64,000 nt of DNA, from positions 1-64,000 of IMG/VR virus record IMGVR_UViG_3300017971_000004, one strand, 5' to 3'. The notes beneath the pieces were generated by a model, which saw only the letters and a program-made list of their open reading frames with translations, did no database searches and had not been told where the DNA came from. Each line of letters starts with the position of its first letter. Positions within the stretch are counted from its first letter, which is position 1. Source of the DNA: a virus. Its lineage: Duplodnaviria; Heunggongvirae; Uroviricota; Caudoviricetes. Positions 55,948 through 63,448 of this stretch are shown here, one piece after another. The translations under genes and the position numbers were made by a program.

Positions 55948-56166
55948 TCAGCCATCATCGTTCTCTAAGAGCTTCTTCTGACGCTTCACTTCCAGGCCAC
56001 CCATCCAGTGAAATTCCTCGTCCGGCTCGATGGGCTTCTCGCACACTGCACACGGGAAAGGCTTGAAGCTGATCAGCCCCAAACAGATCTCCGGGAACCC
56101 TTCGGGGTAGGCACGATCCCAACACTCCTTGCAAACCGTCAGGTTATCGTAAGCATCAGCCCCCAT
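55948..56166 (-). CDS. Cys-rich small protein (72 aa)
   Basis: CKECW...CAVCE. Confidence 0.4.
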   Translation of the reverse strand: MGADAYDNLTVCKECWDRAYPEGFPEICLGLISFKPFPCAVCEKPIEPDEEFHWMGGLEVKRQKKLLENDDG

Positions 56167-56167
56167 C

Positions 56168-56524
56168 TCAGCTCACCTTGAACCTCTTGTAGAAGTTCTC
56201 GTACTCTTTCCGGATGTTCCGACCCAGCAGATCCGAGCAGACCCGGACCGCGTACTCGTTGGCGTGCTTCTCGCTCTGATACCTCCGAGCCAGCCTGCCG
56301 AACCGGTAGCCGCGCGGATAGGTGTAGATGTGCCCCATCTCATGCGCGAGCACGAAGAGCTTCTCCAGCGCGCTGAAGCCCGGCGCGATGACGATGGTGT
56401 ACTGGCATTCGATGTGGGGGACGACATAGCCGTACTTCTCCAGATCGAACACCACGATGCAAGGGCGCTCGGCCCCCAGCTGGTTCTTCACCATCGCGAC
56501 GGCGGCAGGAGGAGAGAGCTTCAT
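56168..56524 (-). CDS. ImmA/IrrE-family metallopeptidase-like protein (118 aa)
   Basis: FVLAHEMGHIY HExxH motif in a small protein; start moved to MKLSPPAAV. Confidence 0.5.
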   Translation of the reverse strand: MKLSPPAAVAMVKNQLGAERPCIVVFDLEKYGYVVPHIECQYTIVIAPGFSALEKLFVLAHEMGHIYTYPRGYRFGRLARRYQSEKHANEYAVRVCSDLLGRNIRKEYENFYKRFKVS

Positions 56525-56526
56525 CT

Positions 56527-56775
56527 TCAATCTCCCGCCAGCTTCCGTAGGGCCTTGACCACCTTCTTCTTGGTCTCGGGGTCCATGATGGCCTGGTTGG
56601 TCCAGGCCCACTGTACGCGCCGCCTCATGTGGGGAGCCGGGGGCTCGAACGCGCCGTTGGCCACGAGCTTGTCCATCCGAGGATGCAGCACCGTGAAGCG
56701 CCCGTTCTGGAAGTACCGCACCTCCAGCTGCGTCGAGTACGAGACCTTGGCCGTCGCGATTTCGAGTTGAGGCAC
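56527..56775 (-). CDS. hypothetical protein (82 aa)
   Basis: Minus ORF. Confidence 0.4.
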   Translation of the reverse strand: MPQLEIATAKVSYSTQLEVRYFQNGRFTVLHPRMDKLVANGAFEPPAPHMRRRVQWAWTNQAIMDPETKKKVVKALRKLAGD

Positions 56776-56776
56776 C

Positions 56777-57451
56777 TCAGTCTCCAGGCTTCCTGTCGCG
56801 GGCCTGGAGGCGCTCCAGGCTCTCCTCCAGCGTCAGGCCGACGAAGGCCATGAAGAGCACGGTGCCGTCCTCTGCGAGCCCCCTGAGCGTCTGGGAGGGC
56901 AGCTCCTCGTTTATCCTGATCTCGGCGGTGGCGAGATAGTCGGGAACCTTCGTCGACATCCTGCCGACGAGGCCCTCGGCAATCTCTGCCCGGGAAAGCG
57001 ACGGCTCGATGATCGCGGACATGTTCTGAACCACATCGCTCATCAGCGACCGGTTCAGCTCGATCTTCGCCGTCGTGCGCCCGTTGCACACCGCGTCGAG
57101 CGTGTCGAGGGTGAGCGCAGGGATGCGGTCGGGCTTGTAGGGAGCGCCTTCCACCTCGACCACGGGCACGTTCGGCTTCCAACCGCCGCAGTTCCAGTGA
57201 GCCGCTGTGTAGGGCCACTGGGAGAGGCCGAAGTTCTCGTCGGTAGTGTCGATCAGGTGCGCGTAGTTCCAGATGACGTGAGGCGGCGCTCGGCGACAGG
57301 GCTGCATCACAACGTCGGTGCCCTCCAGCTTGCGCGGCTCGTCCTTGGGGGCCATGCCCCAGGCCCGACAGTTGTCGCACCTGCGCGGCCAAGGCTCGTC
57401 GTCGGACAGCTCGAATCCCATCGCCTCCGCGTACTCTTTCTTGCTTTCCAT
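56777..57451 (-). CDS. hypothetical protein (224 aa)
   Basis: Minus ORF. Confidence 0.45.
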   Translation of the reverse strand: MESKKEYAEAMGFELSDDEPWPRRCDNCRAWGMAPKDEPRKLEGTDVVMQPCRRAPPHVIWNYAHLIDTTDENFGLSQWPYTAAHWNCGGWKPNVPVVEVEGAPYKPDRIPALTLDTLDAVCNGRTTAKIELNRSLMSDVVQNMSAIIEPSLSRAEIAEGLVGRMSTKVPDYLATAEIRINEELPSQTLRGLAEDGTVLFMAFVGLTLEESLERLQARDRKPGD

Positions 57452-57466
57452 CTCAGCTCCTCAACT

Positions 57467-58819
57467 TCAATCTTCCGTGAGCGCGGCCTCGACCTCGTCG
57501 AGCCTGAAACGTTGGAGACGGTCAGGACCCAGGTAGTGGACCGGAATGCTTCCTTGGTCCACCCACTTCTGTACCTTCTTCACGGTCGTCGAGAAGTGCT
57601 GTGCGATCGTTTCGATGTCAACAAACTTTCCCGGAGACACCGAAGGCGGAGCTGAAGAAGGTTCGTTCTCCGTCACCTCCTCCTGTTCCGGCTGCGAAGG
57701 AGGTTCAGACGGAACATCGAGGATCCGGATGATGGTTCTCCGATTCCTCCCCTTTCCGTTTTCGATCAACTTCGCGCCTCGCAGCTTTCGGAACACTCCG
57801 GTGACCGTGCTCAGGTGCAAACTCAACGCGGTGCCGAAGTCCGCAGCCCGGGTTGCAACGACATGAGAGGGGGACTTAGCTGCCTCCTTCCAGAGATAAA
57901 GCGCGACCTTGAGCACCGAGTCACCCCGAAGCTCCTGAACACGCTGGAACCACTCCCAAGGGAAGTCCTCGGCCCACTTGAAGTGATCGTCCGACAAAAC
58001 CGGAGGCACCTCCACCTGCTGCTCAGGAAGATCAACTTCTTTCGAGGGCGTCTTCTTTTTCGAAGATGCCTTTTTCGTAGGTACAGACGGTTCCTCGAAG
58101 GGAGCGATCTGGAGGTCCTGATCAGGATCCAACGCCTGCATGCGGATGAGATCCTGAGCCGCCTGGAAGTCGATTGCCACGGTCGACGATCTCCGAGAAG
58201 AGCGTCCGGGAATGTGCAACGACGCCGCGTAGTGCTTGGTATTCTTGAACTTCCCGTGAAAGGTGGGATAAAGAATCTTCACCGCATCCGCGACGTCCTG
58301 TAGAAGATACGGCTTCGCTTCGGGAAGGGTGTTGTCCGGCAGCAACTTGCACTTACTGATCGCCTTCTTCACATCTTCGACCTTGAAGAACGCGGTGGCG
58401 AAGTCAGGATCCAAAGGCCTGTGCCGCTCCCGAAGTCCGCAGTAGAACGCGAGATGGCAGACCATGTCCCGAGTGAGCTTCGTCTCTTGAAGCAGCTCCT
58501 TCAAAGGGAGCCAAGCCGTATCTTTGAGATCCGCGAGCCCGTACTTCTGGAGAACGGCGCTCAGATCTTGCGCCGAGATTTCCTGAACTTCGGGAAGCGT
58601 GTCAGGGGGGTAACCGTCTCCCGTCCCGGGGGGCGCAGCATCAGGCACAGGCGGCGTGACTGCTTCTCCGATCGGCTGCCCTATACCCAACGAAGGAGGA
58701 GCCTGTGCAGGAACAGGAGGGAGTTCCGCTTTCTGCTCCGGGTTATCCTGGGTGTTGTCACTCTCGGGGTTGTTCTGGTCTCGATTCTTTTCATCTTCGG
58801 ACATCTCGTACTCCTCCAT
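57467..58819 (-). CDS. DNA-binding protein with winged-helix and C-terminal excisionase-type HTH (450 aa)
   Basis: C-terminal FVDIETIAQHFSTTVKKVQKWVDQGSIPVHYLGPDRLQRFRLDEVEAAL (HTH_17-like); acidic/Pro-rich low-complexity N-terminus. Lies immediately downstream of the CRISPR array. Confidence 0.5.
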   Translation of the reverse strand: MEEYEMSEDEKNRDQNNPESDNTQDNPEQKAELPPVPAQAPPSLGIGQPIGEAVTPPVPDAAPPGTGDGYPPDTLPEVQEISAQDLSAVLQKYGLADLKDTAWLPLKELLQETKLTRDMVCHLAFYCGLRERHRPLDPDFATAFFKVEDVKKAISKCKLLPDNTLPEAKPYLLQDVADAVKILYPTFHGKFKNTKHYAASLHIPGRSSRRSSTVAIDFQAAQDLIRMQALDPDQDLQIAPFEEPSVPTKKASSKKKTPSKEVDLPEQQVEVPPVLSDDHFKWAEDFPWEWFQRVQELRGDSVLKVALYLWKEAAKSPSHVVATRAADFGTALSLHLSTVTGVFRKLRGAKLIENGKGRNRRTIIRILDVPSEPPSQPEQEEVTENEPSSAPPSVSPGKFVDIETIAQHFSTTVKKVQKWVDQGSIPVHYLGPDRLQRFRLDEVEAALTED

Positions 58820-58917
58820 GTCGTGGCTCGGTTGTTCTCCGTTCTCGACCTCGCGTACCTTCCTTGACCAGAGGAAGGGGAGTAGCTAGTTCCCGCGAAG
58901 TTCTCCTTTTCCACAAA

Positions 58918-58952
58918 CTCTTTCTCAACATACAGTGAACAGATCTCTCGAT
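58918..58952. repeat. left 35-bp inverted repeat flanking the CRISPR array
   Basis: ctctttctcaacatacagtgaacagatctctcgat; 32/35 identical to the reverse complement of 59866..59900. Confidence 0.8.
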
Positions 58953-58967
58953 GTCATGGACCGTGCT

Positions 58968-59730
58968 GTCGAGACTTCTAACCCGTCTCGCAGGGATTGA
59001 AGGATCGAACTCCCAAGATCTGGAGGCCCGCGATGCCGAAGTCGAGACTTCTAACCCGTCTCGCAGGGATTGAAGGGCGGTGCGGGTCCTATCATCGCTA
59101 CTTGGGACATCGGTGTCGAGACTTCTAACCCGTCTCGCAGGGATTGAAGGAAATGGAGTCCATCGAACCCAACATCGTCGAAATGTCGAGACTTCTAACC
59201 CGTCTCGCAGGGATTGAAGGTAACTAGACTGAGAATAGCTTGGTTATGTGAAATGCGTCGAGACTTCTAACCCGTCTCGCAGGGATTGAAGAAACGTGTT
59301 GAAAACGTGCTACGAGCCGGACAACATGTCGAGACTTCTAACCCGTCTCGCAGGGATTGAAGGGAAGCTACCGTCGCCTACGCGACCAGCGAGCCCATCT
59401 GTCGAGACTTCTAACCCGTCTCGCAGGGATTGAAGGATCGATAGCCGGGCGGCGCACGCCTCCGTTGCGCTGTCGAGACTTCTAACCCGTCTCGCAGGGA
59501 TTGAAGGCGGAGCGATCTCGCCGGGCAGTTCGAGCCACAACTCCGGGGGTCGAGACTTCTAACCCGTCTCGCAGGGATTGAAGGCGGTTTTCCGCCTCGG
59601 TACCCGAGGTCGGATCAAGATGTCGAGACTTCTAACCCGTCTCGCAGGGATTGAAGGGAGTGAAAAGATCGACGCCCTCTCGTGATGCTGCTTCGTCGAG
59701 ACTTCTAACCCGTCTCGCAGGGATTGAAGG
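58968..59730 (-). CRISPR. CRISPR array, 11 x 36-bp repeats, 10 spacers (34-41 bp)
   Basis: Plus-strand repeat GTCGAGACTTCTAACCCGTCTCGCAGGGATTGAAGG at 58968, 59041, 59115, 59185, 59257, 59328, 59401, 59472, 59549, 59622, 59695. All are identical except repeat 5, whose last G is A. Repeat contains a 6-bp hairpin CGAGAC/GTCTCG. Strand call is minus because the hairpin then sits at the 3' end of the repeat next to the spacer, and the array is co-directional with the cas12-like gene. Confidence 0.9.
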
Positions 59731-59865
59731 GGCGCGTTCCGCGACTTCAATGATCGCGGCGAGATAACCACCCGATTTCGAGCGGTCCGTTTTTCGCTCG
59801 AACGCGCTCCCGATTTTTTCAATCATTTCGAACGATGAACTCCTCCACCGATCCACCGCTCGAAA

Positions 59866-59900
59866 ATCGAGAGATCTGTTCACTGCATGTTGTCAAAGAG
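59866..59900. repeat. right 35-bp inverted repeat flanking the CRISPR array
   Basis: atcgagagatctgttcactgcatgttgtcaaagag; ends 11 nt before the cas12-like stop codon. Confidence 0.8.
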
Positions 59901-59911
59901 CTTTCGAACTT

Positions 59912-62110
59912 CTAAGACTCTAGAGGAGCCGGGCCTTCGCCGTTCCGCTCCTCTTCTTCCTTTTTCCGCTTCCGAACGACTTTCTTCCCCTTGTTCCGGT
60001 TCTTCTGAGCGTCCGACATCTCCCGCACGAGCACGCTGCCATCGGCTATCTTGACGATCTTGTTCTCTCGGTACAGCCGCATCATGTTCCGGGCCGCGTT
60101 CGCGTCCTGGTCCCAGGTGCGACCGCACTTCTCGCAGGTGTGCTCCACCTTCGGAATCGGGTCCCAGGGCGCATCGTGCCCGCAGTCGAAGCAGCGCTGG
60201 GTGGTCATGGCCGGGTTCACCCAGACGACCGTGCCGCCACGCGAGAGGAACGCCTGGATGAGCGTCTCGCGGAACTCGGAGAGCGCCGCTTCTTTCTGCT
60301 GCCGCCGCGCCCGCCGGATCTCGACCTTGTCGCTTCCCGGAAGCTCATGCTTCTGCATCTTGCTCAGATCGATATTTTCGAGCACGAGGACCTTGAACTC
60401 CCGCGCCAGCGCAGAGTCCACGCACCGGTAGTGATCCTCGCGCTGCAACAGCGACTTGCGCCGCTGGCTCTCCTGCCACTGCCAGAGGTGCCGGTCGCCG
60501 CCTTCGAGACGCCGCGCCTCCTCGTCGTAGACGCCTCGCTGCCAGCGGTCCAGGATCTCGAAGCCCCGTTCGTCCCCCTTCCACCGCGACTCCCTCCAGA
60601 GCCGCAGCAGCCACGCGAACCGCTTGGGGGCCTCCCACTTGGCGATGCCCCGGGTCGACTCCCTGAACCACTTCGGCAGCGCGCTGCGCCGCGCCTTGAT
60701 CCACGCCCGAAGCTCGGCCAGCATTTCGTTCTGCTTCAGCTGCCGGGTCTGCTGGAGCGTTTCGACGCGCTGGAACCCGGCGACCACCTTCGACGACATG
60801 CACTGCTCGTGGCCCACCTCACCCTCGTCCGGGTTCTTAAGATAGGCGGCGTACTCTCGATCATCGATCAGGTACGCGATCCGGATTCGGGGCACCTCCA
60901 CCTCCTGCTTCCGCAGCCCCCGCTTCTTCCGCTTCCTACCCATCTCCACCGTCTCGGTCCCTCGCTTGCGCCAACCGATATCGACGGCCACGACCCCGCG
61001 CCCCGTCCCGTAGTCCTTGTGACAATCCCCCGAATCCACCTCCAGATGGAGGTGCAACGTCCACCGGAGCCGGGTGGTGATCTTCTCCCGCTTCACGACC
61101 GCCCACTTGATGCGCGCCTTCGGAGGCAGCGGACGATGCATGATCACTGGGAACTCCGCCCAGATGGGATCACGACCGCTCTTTCCGCCGCTGCCGACCC
61201 GGATTCGAGCGATGCCGCGTCGACGTATCCTCCGATGCCGGAGCACCTCCTCCCCCATCTCGGGCTCCATGTCCAGCTGGAACATGGTGTTCTGGCAGTT
61301 CAGGACGCGCTCGACGGAATCCCCCTTCTGGAGTTCGACGCCGAAGATCACCTCATCATCGAGACTCTTGAACTTGGGGTCTCGCTCGACCCAGATGCCC
61401 TTCTCCTCGTTCCACTTCCAGAGGCTGTCCCTCAGCGACATCCGAGAAGCCTCCCGCGCCCTGTTCACCAGGAGATAGGTCCCCCAGTAGAGCTTCCCCA
61501 GCTCCTCGTCCGTCTCGGTCACCTTCTCGTAGGTTCCATCCTTGAATTGCACGTAGGCTTCGTGCAACTCCTGCTTCTCCCGCTGCTGGGCTTCCGCGCG
61601 CCGAGCCTTCAACTCGTCGCTTAACTCCACCTTCTTCCTCGGCTCCTCCTTCCCCGGCTCGTCGTCCGACTCGGAACCGTTCTTCAACTCCCGCAGCTTT
61701 GCCCACGCCTCGTTCTTGAGATCGCGCACCTCCCGGAGACGCATCCGCTCCTGCGGGGTGTCGGACCGGGATCGAGACCTCTTGCGCTTCGTCCTGAGAT
61801 CCTCCTGCATCTCCCGGAGGAGCTTTTCGAGACGCTTGACCTCGGTGAAGGCTTCCCGCATCTCGTCGCTCGCCCCCATCAGGTCCAGAGTGTGCTGCTG
61901 GTAGATTTCCCGAAGAGTCGCCCGCAGACGACGCTCCGCCTCCACACACTGGTTGTTGTACCGCTGCGACAGGACGATCTGCTTCTCCACCAGTTCGGCG
62001 TTCTTCGTCGGACCGAACGGCAGCCCATACACATAGGCGAGCTGGGGACCTCGGACCCTCGGCTTGCCCGGCTTCTTCTTCCGTTTCGTCTTCGATGTCT
62101 TGCGCGTCAT
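59912..62110 (-). CDS. cas12: Cas12-family (TnpB-derived) type V CRISPR effector candidate (732 aa)
   Basis: RuvC-I GVVAVDIGWRKRG; RuvC-II VLVLENIDLSKMQK; Zn ribbon CFDCGHDAPW...HTCEKCGRT followed by RuvC-III WDQDANAARNMM (compare ISDra2 TnpB AGVDVGI / IGTEHLKPDNM / CHDCG...CPNCGETHDRDENAALNI). N-terminal TnpB-like segment QLAYVYGLPFGPTKNAELVEKQIVLSQRYNNQC. A K/R/E-rich coiled-coil insertion of ~300 aa gives Cas12 size. Directly abuts the CRISPR array. GGGAGA RBS plus the CTTGTATATTAAC motif upstream. Confidence 0.75.
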   Translation of the reverse strand: MTRKTSKTKRKKKPGKPRVRGPQLAYVYGLPFGPTKNAELVEKQIVLSQRYNNQCVEAERRLRATLREIYQQHTLDLMGASDEMREAFTEVKRLEKLLREMQEDLRTKRKRSRSRSDTPQERMRLREVRDLKNEAWAKLRELKNGSESDDEPGKEEPRKKVELSDELKARRAEAQQREKQELHEAYVQFKDGTYEKVTETDEELGKLYWGTYLLVNRAREASRMSLRDSLWKWNEEKGIWVERDPKFKSLDDEVIFGVELQKGDSVERVLNCQNTMFQLDMEPEMGEEVLRHRRIRRRGIARIRVGSGGKSGRDPIWAEFPVIMHRPLPPKARIKWAVVKREKITTRLRWTLHLHLEVDSGDCHKDYGTGRGVVAVDIGWRKRGTETVEMGRKRKKRGLRKQEVEVPRIRIAYLIDDREYAAYLKNPDEGEVGHEQCMSSKVVAGFQRVETLQQTRQLKQNEMLAELRAWIKARRSALPKWFRESTRGIAKWEAPKRFAWLLRLWRESRWKGDERGFEILDRWQRGVYDEEARRLEGGDRHLWQWQESQRRKSLLQREDHYRCVDSALAREFKVLVLENIDLSKMQKHELPGSDKVEIRRARRQQKEAALSEFRETLIQAFLSRGGTVVWVNPAMTTQRCFDCGHDAPWDPIPKVEHTCEKCGRTWDQDANAARNMMRLYRENKIVKIADGSVLVREMSDAQKNRNKGKKVVRKRKKEEEERNGEGPAPLES

Positions 62111-62137
62111 CTCAATCTCCCATAGCTCGCATCCTCA

Positions 62138-62152
62138 GTTAATATACAAGAA
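62138..62152 (-). promoter_or_regulatory. phage promoter-like motif CTTGTATATTAAC upstream of the cas12-like gene
   Basis: 27 nt upstream of ATG 62110, in the 80-bp intergenic gap. Confidence 0.4.
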
Positions 62153-62189
62153 CCACTCAAGTACTGATCACCTCTCTAAGTTGCAGGGA

Positions 62190-62873
62190 TCACTTCGTTC
62201 CGCCAAGTTCCATTCCGCCAACTTGCTCCAGCGCCAACTTGAACATCTCGATGGTGCAGCCCCGCTCGCGGACGGGGTTCGTGAGCAAGTTCATCATCTG
62301 GCCCATCGTGTCCGTGTCGTGAACTTCGAGGATGCCATTCGGCTCGACCAGCTGGACTTCGCCCTTCTTGACGATGTACTCGACGACGGGATGTGTGTCC
62401 TCCTCGCACTGCTCGCCGTCGAAGAGCTGGCAGCGGAGATCGAGGTACGGGAACATCTCGGCGATCTTCTTCCACTCCTCCAGGACGTACTTCACGCTGG
62501 GCCACTTCCCGATGTTGTAGTCGTTGCAGAAGATGTTGCCGCTCCAGTCGCACCAGCCGTGGGGACCTCCGACGTAAGCCGATGCAACTCGATGGTTGGC
62601 CAGGAACTCCAGCGAGAGGTGCCCGAAGCCCTTCCCGACCTTCTCCAGCTCGTCCCAGTCGTAGTGGGGGTAGCCTTCGTGCTTCCACTCCAGTCCCATC
62701 GCGCGGACCAGCTGGCGCTCCCAGTCCTCGTCGTTGGTGGAGATGTAGTCGAAGACCGAATCGGTCTTCATGATGATCTCCCGAGCCTGCTCGTCGGTCA
62801 CCTTCTTGCCGCGCACCGACAGCGCCGGCCACTTCGGCAGACCACGGTCCAGGAGTTCCTCTTGGGTTGACAT
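62190..62873 (-). CDS. hypothetical protein (227 aa)
   Basis: Start moved to MSTQEELL; Trp/Cys-containing, no recognizable domain. Confidence 0.45.
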   Translation of the reverse strand: MSTQEELLDRGLPKWPALSVRGKKVTDEQAREIIMKTDSVFDYISTNDEDWERQLVRAMGLEWKHEGYPHYDWDELEKVGKGFGHLSLEFLANHRVASAYVGGPHGWCDWSGNIFCNDYNIGKWPSVKYVLEEWKKIAEMFPYLDLRCQLFDGEQCEEDTHPVVEYIVKKGEVQLVEPNGILEVHDTDTMGQMMNLLTNPVRERGCTIEMFKLALEQVGGMELGGTK

Positions 62874-62874
62874 C

Positions 62875-63174
62875 TCAATCCTCCGGCAGCAGACCGGCCT
62901 CACGGGCGCGCTGCATCACGTCCGCGCAATCGGTCAGCATGTACATCCCACTCGCCGTCACAGCGGCCTCGACCGCCTTCTCCTTGCTCTCACGACGAGC
63001 CTCCTCGACCGTCTCCTTGAAGCCGTCGATCAGCTCCTGGCAGCTGGCGACCTCTTCGGAGCTGGGCGCGTCGAGCTGGGCCACCACCTCGCTCGGCGAG
63101 CCGCCCGCGCTCAGCCAGATGACCAGCAGCCCCATGATCGTGACGAGCCCAATCAGTATCGCGATGATCTTCAT
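62875..63174 (-). CDS. secreted/membrane-anchored small protein (99 aa)
   Basis: Start MKIIAILIGLVTIMGLLVIWL (signal/TM); preceded by the repeated hairpin-RBS element. Confidence 0.35.
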   Translation of the reverse strand: MKIIAILIGLVTIMGLLVIWLSAGGSPSEVVAQLDAPSSEEVASCQELIDGFKETVEEARRESKEKAVEAAVTASGMYMLTDCADVMQRAREAGLLPED

Positions 63175-63175
63175 C

Positions 63176-63448
63176 TCATTCCTCCTGTCCCGGCACGGGC
63201 CGGTCGTTACACCAGCCACCCTTGCACGTAACTGAGTCCAGGGCGTGCGTCGGCATCAACAGTGAGCAAACAACTACCCCGGTTATCATGACGCCGCCGA
63301 TGATCGCCCACATCGCCGTCTGGTACAGGTGGTGGTTCTTGATCTTCCGGTTCAGCACCTTGCTGACCCAGATCAGAAACGCGGCTGCGGGGAAGGCATA
63401 GAACGAGATGAGCAGGATTGTGCCTTCTACCGATTCGAAAAAACTCAT
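63176..63448 (-). CDS. two-TM membrane protein (90 aa)
   Basis: LLISFYAFPAAAFLIWV and WAIIGGVMITGVVVCSLLM helices; C-terminal tail DRPVPGQEE. Confidence 0.4.
   Translation of the reverse strand: MSFFESVEGTILLISFYAFPAAAFLIWVSKVLNRKIKNHHLYQTAMWAIIGGVMITGVVVCSLLMPTHALDSVTCKGGWCNDRPVPGQEE

Noticed and set aside
56168-63448. Search for cas1/cas2/cas4 or other Cas genes flanking the array
   Set aside because: Neighbours are an HTH DNA-binding protein, small membrane proteins and an ImmA-like peptidase; none shows Cas1 (metal-binding E/H/E) or Cas2 features, so the locus is considered adaptation-less.
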